Shown piece after piece: positions 23,390 through 37,005 of a stretch of DNA of 64,000 nt; within the stretch, counting starts at the first letter, position 1; each line of letters starts with the position of its first letter. Below the pieces are notes generated by a model. The model searched no databases. It saw only the letters and a program-made list of their open reading frames with translations, and was not told the DNA's origin. The stretch spans positions 2,666,001 through 2,730,000 of the forward strand of contig OZ234494.1 in assembly GCA_965153455.1 (NCBI GenBank), written 5' to 3'. Source of the DNA: Sphagnum compactum. Its lineage: Eukaryota. A program made the position numbers and the translations under genes.

Positions 23390-25604
23390 ATGGGGAAGAC
23401 TAAGGACGATATCTGGTCTAAGTTTGGCCAGTCTTATAAGCAGGGCGATGCAAAATCGAGCTACTGCAAGTGCTCGGTGTGCGATGAGCCTGTGATTGCG
23501 GCAGCGAGCTACATGCGCGATCATTGGGCGAAGTGCAAGAAGCGTCCCCGCGCCATTGGCCAATTTGATGCGAGCTTTCAGCCATCATGAAAGTTGGCAA
23601 ATACGTGGACTATGCAGTCATCTTCGACCCATTCCTCGGCGAGTAATGGTGGCAGTACGGTTGGGGAGTTGGTTGAACCACTGAATCCCTCACCCTTTTT
23701 CACTGGCGGTCGCCAGCATTTCGATTTGTTGAAGAAGGGCGAACTAGAGAAGCTGCACCAGTTGTTCACCCACGATGTTCATCGTACGACCATGCCTTAC
23801 TTTGCTTTTGAGCACCCAACATGGAAAGATTTCGTTCAAGCGCTGCGCGGCTGCTTTTAGCTTCCATCTTCAACCGCGATCGGTGGTGAACTTATGCGAG
23901 CAGAATATGCATTACCATGAACAATGTTTTGCTCGCCCTTGGCAAGCAATCGCTCATCTGCTTCACGTTGGACGGTGCCACAAACTTGCAGGGGAAACAA
24001 GTCATCAACATGATGGCTTGTGAACCTAAGCCGTTCTTCCTTGAGCACTTCACGATGGAGCTCCGCAGAAAGAGCGCGGCCAATCTGCTGGAGAAGCTGC
24101 GCCTACTCGGATCGATTCGCCAGTCAGCTTCTGGTTTCGTGCTATCGAGGGACGTCGGAATGTTTGACGACAGTGACGTTGGAGTGGTGGAGCAGCAGGA
24201 ACAAGGACAGGTCTGCACCAAGAATGAACACTTCATTAATCCCCCGATGTTTTGTTTCTGCAATGATTCCCCGAGCGTCATGGTCAAGCTGCGTAAAGAA
24301 TGCCTGAAGACGAAGGAGTTTGCATTTGCTTACGGCTGTGCCCCCCATGCAATCCACAACCTTTGCATGGATCTGATCAAGAACTTCCCTGGAGTGAAGC
24401 ACGTCTTGAAGCAGATAGTATTCATGGTCAAAACTTTGAAATCGTCGCATCTTCTTCTACAATTATTTGACAAGTTGTGTTTGGAGAAGTTCAAGAAGAC
24501 CTACGTGCTCATCCTTTTCATGAAGACCCGATGGGGCACCGTATTCTTCACCGCACAGCGTGCCAGCACGGTTAAGGCGACGTGCGCAGTGCTGCCAGGC
24601 GAAATTCTGAACGCTGAACTCGACATTAATATATGCGACGAGCTCAAAGCGTTGGTTACTGATCCAGCCTATTGGAAGGGCGTTGATGCGATGGAGACGC
24701 TATTCATGACGATTAGCTCTTATTTAATCTACTTGGAGGGAGACGAAGCAACATTTTCTGTTGTGTATGCGTGCTTTGTGGCGATCAAGTACCACATTAA
24801 GATGTTCAATTGCGCCGTCATGGACGCCTTCAACCTGGGTGACGATGATATCGAATGGATGATGACGCTGCTCCACCACCATTTTTCGACCATCTATTCG
24901 GAGGCCCATGGTCTCGCATTCGCGATAGATCCAATGTTCACGACATGCGCAATAAGATCGCGGCCAAGTTCGGCGAAGACTTCCTGCAAGTTGGGAAAGG
25001 TTCGATCAACAAGCAAGCGAAGGTCGCACTCGTCCGTCTCTCAAATGGCAACGAAGACCTCCGGCGATCATATTTCAGTGAGTTCGCCACGTTTATCATG
25101 CGGCCAGTAAGCAGTGATTATGATTTCAACGATATCAAGTTTAAGCCGTCAGAATTGTGGACATTGTGTGATGATTCGTGCTACGGCTCCATCAAGGGTC
25201 CGCTATTGGCATTGCATAAGAACCCAGCCGGGGCAAGCGAGGGCGAGCACAATCACAAGGCGGGCAAGCGCATTCACAAGGCGGGCAAGCGCATTCACAG
25301 TCGCTCATGCGCTCGATTGGGCCAAGCCAAGATTGAGACGGGGACCGCCATCCTGTTCAACGCGAAGTAGCTCGATCGCCAAATAATCGCAACATGGGAT
25401 ACGAAATTCTGCAAGTGGCTACAACAGCTCAGTGCTGACAACGGAGATGACATTAAATAAGAGCCCCTAGACAAGGAAGAGGATGCCACTGGTGGCTGCA
25501 TTGAAGAATTTGATCGCCTTGACATTTCTAGTGGCATTGATAACATTGCTAATGAGGATCTCTTCGACGAGGAGGTGGTGGACGAGGGTAACATCTTCAA
25601 TTGA
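23390..25604 (+). pseudogene. hAT transposase (BED zinc finger, DDE core, C-terminal dimerisation region), disrupted
   Basis: BED-like IWSKF...CKCSVC...MRDHWAKC. Core motifs FTLDGAT, CNDSPS, GCAPH (CxxH) and KTRW. C-terminal ELW...NPAGASEGE...IHSRSCARLG. Stops end at 23590, 23860, 25370 and 25460, with frameshifts near 23913 and 24940. Confidence 0.9.
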
Positions 25605-27242
25605 GGTGGACTTTGACTGTTGTATAATACAATCTGGTATTATATGATATTATACCACGCAGTCCTCGCAGGTTCCAATTATATAGAACAATACTCCTTA
25701 TGCATCTTGTATGAAGGTTGCATTGTGCTCTATTGTACCTTTACTTTCTAGTGAATTTCAAAGTTTTTCATATTTACTATTTACACCAATATTTTTAAAT
25801 ACCTTGTCTAGACTTGGAAATAATGGTATGAATAGTTGTGTACCCCAAAATGCAAATATTCTTTTAGATTTTTCCAAATATTTTAGCTATAACAATTTTA
25901 CCTTGATATTCAATAGTAGAAAATATATCTAATAAATGGCAATTTCACAAAACAAATGATGGGTTGGTTCAAACTTGTAAGGACTAAATTAAAATTGGAA
26001 AATATTCCAAGTTATTGAGACACATTCTACATAATTGAAAAGCTATAAAGTTCTTCATTTTTTAGTGTATTTCAGGATGAATATCTACCTCAATATTCCT
26101 ATGCCCTCTTCTTCCTCAAAATAGTAATTTTTGTGGTTGAGAATGTCCTTTTCATCTTCAAAATAGTAACTTCTACGACCCAAAAAGCCCTCATTAAACT
26201 TCCTTTTTGATTTCTTATATTATTTCTTTGTTTTTTTATTCTTTTTTATTCTTTTTTTGTTCAATTTATTTTTTCACAATTTCAAAACACATAAACACAT
26301 AATCAAGGTTATGTCCATACAAAAACCTTCATGACCTTTTAAAAAAAAATCACATTAACAATGGTGTATTTGCAAAATTTTAATTTCCTAACCGATTTCA
26401 AAAAAAAAATTATGAAAATTCAAATAAACAATGATGTATTTGCTAATTGAATTTGAATAACAAGAATTAATTACAAATGTTACAAAAAATGTTTCCACTT
26501 TCAATACAACAAAAAATATTTGTTGACCTCAAAAAAAAGAAGAAAAAGAAACATACAACCTAATTATGAATATATTTAAACATATGAATAATTGCAAAAT
26601 ATGTAACATCTATAAAACTACAAAGGCATATGTCTATTTGAAACTTGTGAATCTATGTAACATCTTAAATCACATTGAATAGCCATATTTCAGTTTGAAA
26701 AACCATAAATATGAATTGTAGAATTGAAATCTATATTGAAATTGCAAGGCAATTTGACATTCTAGAATTCAATGAATCTCTAAAAAATTATGAAATCAAA
26801 ATATATAAAATTGTAAATATCTCCCAGAAAAAAGAAAAGATAATGAAAATATGACGATGATGATGATTGAAATTGTGAGCTTTCAAATCAATATGAAAAT
26901 ATTCAAAAGAAAGAAACCAAATTAAAAAATCCAATTTACTTCACCTTGTCCACCACCAGACTTGGAATTGATCTCACATTTGCCATCAAATTTGGAGCTA
27001 ACTTCAAATCAACAACAAGGGTGATGGTAATTGAACAATTTTAAAGATGACTAAACACATTTCTAGAAGTTGTGTTCATTTTCATGACTTCAAATGATTA
27101 TTGTTCACCAAAAATAGACTCCAATCATTGTTTGTGCTTTGGAAGCTCTAAATCAAACTATTTGTTCCAAATGATGTCATCCAATAATCATCCTCATTTG
27201 AATATTGAACTTGCACCATCCTCTTTTCATGAAACACACAAT

Positions 27243-27378
27243 CACCAATAACAAGCTTACCAAGGGAAGGAATTACAATAGAAGAAGCACCAATAACAAG
27301 CTTGCCCAGAGAAGGAACATCAATGGAAGAAAAAACATTAACACCAAATCTACCAAGGGAAGGAACAACAAGGGAAGA
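27243..27378. repeat. 45-bp degenerate tandem repeat x~3
   Basis: caccaataacaagctt.cc.ag.gaaggaa at 27243 and 27288, with a weaker third copy. Confidence 0.65.
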
Positions 27379-28040
27379 CAAAGCAAAAATTATGTTCCGA
27401 TTTAGAACACCATGAGCAACAAGATTTGTTTAGACAAAGTTGCTATCACTAACAATGTTTCTTTGAATGTAAACATTATCAACGATGCCAACTTCATCTA
27501 ATTGATATGCAACAACTTACGAATAAAAATTATACTAAGAAAAAAATAGTGATTCTAAAAATGAAAAACAAAAACCTAAAAGAGATGAAACATTTTCACC
27601 CAAAAAAAAAAACACCATCATCATCCACAAATGTTCTTTGGTGTGTGTAGGCAAAATTGAATCAACAATTGAACAGAGTCAAATTCGAAAGAATAAAAAA
27701 CTCACAATGAAAAAAATGAAAATGATGTTTATTTTGTCTTTTCAAATATTTTTTTCCCCTCATTAAACAATTCTCATAGCTAAAGAGGTGATTACCTTTC
27801 AACTCCCACTTAATTATACATTATAAAACTATATCTCCCAAATGTTTGTCAATATGGTTGTACTTACAAAAGCAATCCAATAGTTAGAAACAAAAATCAA
27901 AATAAATACAAAACCACAACAATAAGCAAAAGGAAAACACCAAAAAATAGAAAGTGAAAGTGGAGGAGAGAAAAAAAGGAAGGGGGGGAGAATTCACTTC
28001 CCATAAGAGATGAGTTTCCATGATTCATCACCTCATATCA

Positions 28041-31000
28041 CACTACAACACATTTTGGGTTTTGTGATTTGCATTTATGATTAAGTATTAGTTGTAAAGG
28101 ATGTATGTGATTGATGACTTAACAGTTGTTAAACCCATCTTATTTCATGCACCTAATTACAAGGGACAATGATGTGTTGTCTAATTGCAAAAGTAATCAT
28201 ATTATCAACTAGACTTTTCTTATTTTGTGAAAATATTGAAATTCCATGTCATAAATTCCCATGGTGTGACATGTAAAGTGTCTAGTGATGTGTAAAGTCT
28301 AAAGTGATATACAATTGCAATGTTCATCTAATAGACACTTGTATTATGTTTTATTACACATAAGTGTCAATGTTTTATTTGAATTTGAATCATTTTGAGT
28401 TGTAAACATTCACAATTAATTGCAGAATGGGGAGTCCTACATGTTGTTGCCATTTGGCTTCATTATGTTGGTCACAACAACACATATGTAGGTTTTGGGA
28501 CTTACTTGTCATGCTATGCGTCAATGTATCATTTGATAACTAAGGATCTAAAGTTGCATGTATTATGTTTTGTTGCACCCATGTGTCAACGTTTCATTTG
28601 AGATTTATTCATTTTGAACTACAAAAATTTACTATTATTTACATGTTGGGGATTATTTGTTACTATTTGTTTTGATTTTATTAGTCAAAACAACACATTC
28701 ATAGGTTTTGCGACTTTTCTTGTCACGCCATGTGTAAACACTAGAAGAAAAATTATCATTCATGACTAGTATTTACAATTAGTTTTTAGTTGCAAGTGAC
28801 ATTTGTGACAAAAAAAATTGTGCAATAACAAATGACAAGTCACCAATGACCATTACTCACAAACAATCGATGAATATTTTTGCTGTAATATACGTGTATG
28901 TCAACTATGAACATTATCCATATGTGTTCATGTGATTATGATGCGACTATAGTGTGCGCAAACTTTAATTTGACATGTGCCAGCCAAATAGTCATCCATT
29001 GATGACATGTGGCACATTTAGGTTATTCATTATACTTGAAATAATAAATGACAATAAATTTTCCCACCATCCAATCAAGGTCAACTAAATTACACCATGT
29101 GACAACCCAATAATAGTTGTTTTTGTAACTACCTAAATGGAATCACAGAAAACACCTATTTGTTTAGGGTTAGCCTACAACGAAGCCACTTGCAATAGCC
29201 CATGTGGCACCTAGGCTAGGCTTAGGCCACCTATCCTTATGTCTAGCTTAAGTGACCAAGGTTATTTAGCCTAGTTTAGGGCTAGGTCACTTACGATAGG
29301 CCACATGGCACCTAAGCTAAACATAGATAACCCAACCATAGGTGTAGTCCAGGTGGCCTATGTTATCTAGCCTAGCCTAGGATTAGGTAGTTTTAGTGAC
29401 ACCTAACCTAGGTAGGTTTGGGTTAAGTAGGCATAAACTAAGTAGGTAGGTACTTAGGCATAGGCTAAGCAGGTAGGTCTAGGTGTTAGTACCTTTTTTA
29501 AAAAATTTCTTTTATTTTGAATTTAGTTTTAAAGGTGGAACCTTTTTTATTGGGTTGTCCCATACGACAATTGATAAATTTGAATGTGATTAATGCACCT
29601 AACCAATATAATTTGTAAATTTGAAATAATAGACAAACAATATGGGATAAAATTTTAGTTGCAAACTAATTGCAACATCACAACCTAGTTAGAACTACTA
29701 TCTACTATTACCTAGCCTATTTATTAGGTGGCTTAGGTTCCTACTAGGTGATGTCTTAGGTACCTATTTAGACAACCTCTAGGTACCTACTTAGGTAGCC
29801 TAGGTATGGCTTACTAGGTACATAGTAGATATGTACAACCTATTAGCTAAAACCTAATAGGTAGGTACCTAACTAGTAGGTGGTAAATACGAATGTCCTA
29901 ATACATACCTGGGTATGACACCTTGGGTATTTAGTAAGTACCTATTTTGATATTTAATAGGTGGGTACAACTAGTAATACACCTTTAATACATACCCTAA
30001 ATACTTAATACATACATAGTAGGTAGGTATGGCCTATTGATATGTACCCATGTATGACCTATTAGGTACGTACCTAGGTATGACGTACTAAGTACTTAAT
30101 AAATAGGTATTTAGTATCTAGGAATGACCTATTATGTACCTATAAGCAAGTATTTTCATACCTACCATCTAGTACTTAGTAGATAGGTACTTAGTAGGAA
30201 AGTATATAATAGGTAGTTACATAGATTAACACTTGCTAGGTAGGTATTTAGGTTATGTAGTACTTAGGCTACCTAGTAGGTAGGTATGTATTAAGACATT
30301 TGTGTACTTACTACCTACTAGGTATTTAGTAGGCCATACCTAGGCTACCTAAATAAGTATTTAGAGGCTATTGTAGGCACTTAAGACACCTAGTAGGAAT
30401 TTGAGCTATCAAGTAAGTAGGCTAGCTAGCAGTATTGAATAGATAATAGTCAGGATTAGGATGTGATGTTGTGACTAAGTTGCAACCAAAATTTAATCCC
30501 ATATTGTTTGTCCATTTTTTCAAGTTTATGAATTATATAAATAAGTTGACTAAGTGCACCAATCACATTAAAATTTATCAATTTCCATATGGGAAGAGCT
30601 AATCAAAGATGCTCCACCCTAAGAGGATTTTTCTTAAAATGTCTTAACACCTAGATTTACCTAGATTAAACATGTGGCCAAGTGTCTTAGGCTTAGCCTA
30701 GGTGCCATGTGACCTATCCTAAATACTTTGCCCTTAACTAGGTTAGGTAACCTAAGCCACCTAGGTTAGACCTATGGTTAGGTGGCCTATTGTAAATGGC
30801 TTAGATGTAGGCTAGCCTTACACAAGTAGGCTATTGTACAAATCCCTTTAGGTTGTTGCAGAAACAACTATTATTGGGTTACTACTTGATGCAATCTAAT
30901 TGACCTTGATTTGACAATGGGAAAAATTACTTTATTAATTATTTCAAATATAATGAATAACCTAGACGTTGCCATGTGTCATCTAATGGATGATTATTTG

Positions 31001-32486
31001 GTTGTCATGTGTCAAATTGAAGTTGGTGCATGCTATAGTTGTAAATATTATCATAAGAACACATATGGAATATGTGTATATGGTTGACATATGTGTATTT
31101 TACAATAGAAAAGTTCATCCATTGTTTGTGATTAAGAATTGATTGTGAAAACCAATCACAAACACCAAATTTTCTAACGATAGGTAGGTATTTAATAAGT
31201 ACCTATTAGGTAGGTAGGTACTAGGTACCTAATATAATTGTGATGGTATTATATTGGTTGTTTATGCAACTAAATGTATATCAATGTGTAAAAAATACAA
31301 ACACACCATAAGAAATCAACTCATTGAACAGATGAAATAGGTTATAATCACAATTTAGTGGTAGGGAAAACCAAAATTATTCAAACTTGAAAAAAATAGC
31401 ATAAAACAACTATTCATAATTGCAAATGACATTTAGTCATATAAGAGGTGGTTGCAAATGACAAGATTTTTTATAATGCAATGTTTTTATTTGATAACCA
31501 AGGACTTAGAGTTGCAATATTCATCTAGTGGTCACATATATTATGTTCTATTTCACCCATGTCTCAAGGTTATATACGAGATTTTTCATTTCAAATTATA
31601 AACATTCATTGTTGGTCACAAAATGGGGATTACATGTTATTACCCTTCAATTTCATTTTATTGGTTATAACAATGCATGTACAGGTTTCAAGGCTTCCTT
31701 GTTTTGCCATGTGTTAATGTATTATTTGATAACTAGGGATTTAGAGTTGCAACATGCATTTAACAATTTCATGTATTGTGTTATGTTGCACCTATGCATC
31801 AAGGTTGTATTTGATATTTATTCATTTAAAGATGCAAAATTCACTATTAGTCACAATATTATGATTACTTGTTTTTACCACTTGTCATGTGATTGTATTG
31901 GTCACAACAACACATTTATAAGTTTTGGGATTTTTCTTGTCATGCCATGTGTCAATGTATTATTTGATAACTAAAAACCTATAGTAGATCATGAATCATA
32001 ATGTTAATTATACAGTCATAACTTGTGACACTTTGTTATCATATGACATGCCACATCATCATCATGAGATATTGAATTATTATCAGTTGCAAAGTCAATG
32101 ACATTTTTGACTAATTAATAAATGATATTTCATAAAAATTAGTGTCATAAATAATGATGTTAACTATAATTGCAAGACCTTGTTGCCACATGGCATGTCA
32201 TGTCATCATCACAAAAGATTGAATTGTTGTTAATTGCAAAGGTTACTGATATTTTCGATTAACTAATTCCACACCACAAATATATATTAACACAAATTGA
32301 AAAACAATAAAATATTTTACCAAAAAATCTACAAGTCATCATATTGCCTACAATCATAAAACCATGATGTTATATGCCATGTCAATACCATTGAATAAAT
32401 TATGTGATTATGTAGTTATAAATATAATTGAAATAAACAATAATCATTTTTGGGTCTAGCTGAAAAGGACACAATGTGTTGTAATG
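28041..32486. mobile_element. Non-autonomous CACTA (En/Spm) element containing four ~220-bp tandem units
   Basis: TIR CACTACAACACATT (28041) versus right-end revcomp CATTACAACACATT (32473-32486), 13 of 14 matching. 3-bp flanks TCA/CCA. Tandem units near 28340, 28559, 31537 and 31772. No transposase ORF. Confidence 0.7.
28739..31478. mobile_element. Nested CACTA-like fold-back element with ~0.8-1 kb internal inverted arms
   Basis: Starts CACTAGAAGAAA; right-end revcomp is CATTATAAAAAA. Flanks AAA/CAA. Removing it restores the host repeat motif cttgtca.gccatgtgt-CAA-tgt.tt.atttgataac. Inverted arms at 28857-~29840 and ~30300-31131. Confidence 0.75.
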
Positions 32487-33495
32487 CCATATTATCATAG
32501 AACCTATGCTTCTTCCATCCATGTGATACCACCATTTCAACCCATCTTGTTAGAAATTGCCTTCTCTTTCAACTCTAAAAACTCAACAATCATTTTATAA
32601 GTAATCAATCATAGTTAGTTACATCCAATTGGAGACGTTTTAAATTACACATCATCAATCTTTCACCAGTTAGGTTTAACTCATCAAAACAATGGGGTCA
32701 ATGGACCAACCTTATTCATAGGCCAAGAAGTCGGCCAATGCTTAGCTAGTTTTCACAATCATGTTTTCAACTAGACAATTGAGAGTAGGATGAAGGTGAT
32801 TTGTGAAGCACCTCGTAATGTCAATGTGCTAATTTTTTGACACTTCCTACCAAAACTACAAACCAACCTAGTAGGTATTTGCACTAAAACACATTCCCGA
32901 AAATTAACATTTCTTAGTACAAAACAATGTCGGATGAAATTTTTTTGCATGTAGAAATAGTCAAAATGAAGCAAGAGAAGCGAAGAGTAAGAGGGGAAGA
33001 CACAACCTCATACATTCACTGAAAGGCCTCGTAGGCTTCCCTCTTTAGAGCTTTTGCCTTTAAGGCAACAAGATAGAGTAGAGAAGACATAATTTTTTTA
33101 AAAAACATCACGGGACTCTACACATGTGAAGGTTCATAAAGTAGGCCCTTTCAGATTTGAGATTTTAGCATGAGGCCTTACCTAGTCAAATCCTTCTCTT
33201 CAAATGACATATTTGCAGGTGCTTTACTTCAACCCTCCCCTCAAAAGGAGCATAGGGATCATTGGTCCATAGAAGGGCCTATAACAACAACAACAACAAC
33301 AATAGTAGATAGACATATTAGAAACATGCATGTAAATTTTTGAGAAGCTCATTTGATGGAATAAGAATATGTTCTACTTTCATATTTTGAATGCTCACAA
33401 GGTCATGATCACACTCATCCTTGTCATGTTTGTTTGGCTCGGATTGACACAATTGTTACCTTCAAATTGTTTTGTGAATATATATCTTGAAATAT

Positions 33496-33528
<33 letters not shown>
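33496..33528. repeat. (TG)n microsatellite
   Basis: Direct reading. Confidence 0.9.
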
Positions 33529-33530
<2 letters not shown>

Positions 33531-33742
33531 TGTGCGCAAATGCTGATGTTCAGCCTCTCTCTTTTTGCTGCATGTAAAGCTTTTGGCACAATGCAGGTTG
33601 CCTGCTCAGGCTCACTCCATTGAGTTCTTTATTGCTTTGCACTTGTGAACATAATGAAATGGTATTCCCACACTGTGTCAAGGAGTCATCTCAACAGTCA
33701 GGGGCTGTTCAGATAGAGCGTGATACAATAAAGGGTAAATAG

Positions 33743-36700
33743 CTGAATGAGGAGTGGAGTGACAAGGTTCTGGAGATGGAGCAGAAGTACAATGAAATCT
33801 GGCACCCTCGTCTATGACAAACACAATGGTATCATCCTCAACATTCATGATCCTTGGCTAACTGTGGTATGTCTGCTATTGTTTCTTAAAACCCCAGGTA
33901 CATTATGTAATACTGCTGTCTGTTTCCTCTTTCCTATTCAATGATCCGTTGTCAGATATGAACTCGTTATATCCTCTTTATCAGGTCATCTTGCAATCCT
34001 ATTCAGGTTGACTTAAATAGTGAGTATCGAGCGGTTTAGCACTTGTGTCTCTGTCTGTAGACATACGTCTACAACCCCAGCAACATTGTGTAATGATGCA
34101 AAATATCCATTGATTTCTTGGGATGGAAGTTGGTTAAGTGTTGATATATCATAGCTATAGTTACAGTGCAGTTTCCAGAACATGGTATTTGGGAGTGCAT
34201 ATCTACTGAAGTAGAGCAACTGTTGTTGATTTCCCATGTGTATTGTCATGTGCAGTTTTTGGGCCACCCAGTGCACAGTAAATTCCTGACATGTGAGGAT
34301 GAAATGGCAGGTCTTTTTATTGTTGTTTCTGTCTTACTGTGGTCACAAAGATGTCATTGTAGGAATGCCATAGAATGTCATGTAACATTCATTTTCTCAC
34401 CTACATGCAAGCAGCAAGTGGAATTTCCATATGGTACCTGATGGATCATAGTGTTTGCAGTCTTGTTGTTTGCTTTGTGCAGTTAGAAGTAAGATGTCTT
34501 TACATTGTAACAGCCAGACCTGTGACAGAAACTCAGTGCATTGGTTAACATTTGACATTATCCTACATCCATTGCTGGGAATTGTTGAAGGTCCATGAAA
34601 CTTCTTATGACTGTTACTGTTGTTCAAATCTCTCCTCAATTTTGTGTTGAGGTCTTGTATTTTCCCTTTTCTTTAGGGTTGGGTTTCCTCTTTTTCATGT
34701 TTATATCTGAAATATCCATGATGGTCATCTCACGGTTGTCTTGAATCATAAGTATCAAGGAACTCTCAGTACTTATGAAGATATTGCAGCAACAGGCTAT
34801 TCAGGTTGTTGATGGTGGATGTGCTCCATTTCAGATATTCAAGTACCCGGACTCCCTGGATGTAGAGGACGACTTCCAAGGATGTTAAATCTGGGTACAG
34901 CGTTAACTTTGCGAGTGCTTTTTCCCTCAATCATTACACCTGATTTGACTGCTGCACAGTTATATTAAAGCATGTGTCAATTCCACATTGTCTACAACAT
35001 GTGATATTCTGTACTCAAGGAGTTGCACAGTTAGGAAAGAAGTACTACCACAGGCTCTCAGGCTGTGGCATATGCTCGTACTACCAAATGGCATAGATTA
35101 TTTGTTCGCAAAGCCAATCTCAACACCAGATTTGACCTCATAGCAAGGAGAAGGTGGTTTGAGTAGGCAGCAAGGGCCACATTGGCATTCGGCATGTGCC
35201 TCTGAAACCTTGCAGGCCCAACAGATATGACTAGATCAACACTTGTGGTCCAATTCATGAACGATCAAGAGTTGCATGTTGGCAGTATGTATAGCATCAC
35301 TGTTTGTTATTCTGGAGGATGTTGATGAGGTTGATTACACACTCTCCCACGTAGGTCAGGATGACACTTGTAAACCTGATTTTTCCTTGAATGTCACGTC
35401 ATCATCCTCTTTCCAGCTGCCTCTGATGACCACCTTTCCAATTCCTAGCCCATCTTGAGGTGTGCTGAAGGCTCATTGCTGAAATTCCAGGGGATATGGG
35501 ATCCAAGCTGATGCATTGTGTGCCACATTTATGTGAGCCTGATCATCTCGTACTATCTGCACAAGGGTTTCTACTATGTGAATTAAGGCTCATGCAGGTG
35601 TGCTGTTGTGCAGATCTTTAGCACCAACCCCTATTTGAAGATACAAAACTGAAAGATGCCAGCTTTGACAGGGGTTGAGTTGGAACATTGAGCTCGTGTG
35701 GTTTAGACAGTTAAGAACAGGCGTATACTATGTATTTTGTAAGCTGTTTAGCTAGAATGGCTGAAGATTCACAGTCTGGGGATTGGCAGGATTTAGCAAA
35801 TGGTGTAATAGGAGATAAATAAGGACACAAGTGGGCTGCATGTTGATTACAGGTTTGTGTTGTTGAAGTGGCAACTTTGTTCTTTTGGATATGTTCTATT
35901 TTAATTGTGAACTCTGCTTGATGTGCAACATTTCCTTTCTCTTGCATTGAAGCCACTTTTTCTGGTCTGATAATGGTGATAAGGACCTTCATCTGCCAAG
36001 AGAATAGAGGACATGATTTACATGTGGTGTATGATTGAATTGCATGTCATGTGAGACAAGGATTGACATTTAAAAAATAAGTTAGTCTGTTTAAAATGTG
36101 GTTCAAGTTTCAAAGCATATCCATTCTGTTTATGCACTCCACTCATTGTGAAGTGACTGGTGTGATAGTGCAGTCTGATAAGTTTAATATGGGTTTAGGG
36201 TTTACAGTTTTTTCAAATGGTTCTATGATACACCAGAGAAGGAGACAATGGATGGGATTCAAAATGAGGTTTGAATCTATCATTCATGCATGTGATACAC
36301 TTGCATGTGTTCTTTTGGGCTTTTGTATTCTCATGTACCATTGTGACAGGGATCCTTTTGGTTCTCTGTCTCTGAGGTAGAGGTGATGAGATGTATTTTC
36401 TGGTTCCTCATGTTGCATCATAAGGGGTGGTGATCATGATGGAGCGTAGGCAATGTGATGGCTGTCATCTTGTGTGCTACTTTGTGTTTTTCATTTGTAG
36501 CAAAATTAATCGGAAGCTGTTGTCTTGTTGCAGAAGTAATCAAGGATGATTTGTGGCCCAACCTGCTTAAATATTTCAGCAATGTGATTGTCTAGCTGAC
36601 CCATTATGGTTGTGTCTACTTTGGTTCTACTGAATAGATCATGACCATTCTTTTCTTGGGTAGTTGCGGAAGTTATAGTTTTCTGAATTCAGGACCCAGA

Positions 36701-37005
36701 TGAGGATAAATATGAAGATTATGACTTGTAGAGACCGTAAGTTCTATTTCAAGCTCATGTTCCAGGTGTTATGTTTTATCTGTGGAGATCTGCCAATGCC
36801 ATGTCAAGTTAAAAGTCTGTCACCATAATTATATGCATTCAATTTCAACAGGGTTCTTTGTGTTGAAAAACTTGTACAGGCATCCTTGTATCTTGGTTTG
36901 ATGGTTTGATTGTCTTAAGAATGGCAAGTTCATGTGGCATTTTGCAGGGAAAGGGTGCTGGTGGCCTAGAAGAAGAACAACAGGAGCCTCAAGTCAGTAG
37001 ATGAT
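33743..37005 (+). pseudogene. NRP: Intron-retaining pseudogene of NAP1-related protein (NRP/SET histone chaperone)
   Basis: Exon relics in the expected order. 33743-33866: LNEEWSDKVLEMEQKYNEIWHP/VYDKHNGIILNIHDPWLTV (frameshift). 34256-34306: FLGHPVHSKFLTCEDEM. 34835-34910: IFKYPDSLDVEDDF/KDVKSGYSVNF (frameshift). From 35614: IFSTNPY/FEDTKL (frameshift). 36527-36583: VAEVIKDDLWPNLLKYFSN. Acidic tail relics near 36693 and 36948. First exon not found. Confidence 0.85.

Larger units (their letters stand above)
23151..25693 (+). mobile_element. hAT-superfamily DNA transposon, full length, inactivated
   Basis: Perfect 8-bp TSD CTCCTTAT (23143-23150 and 25694-25701). Imperfect TIRs: TATTGGTCCGTAT versus right-end revcomp TATTGTTCTATAT. 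Internal hAT transposase. Confidence 0.92.
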
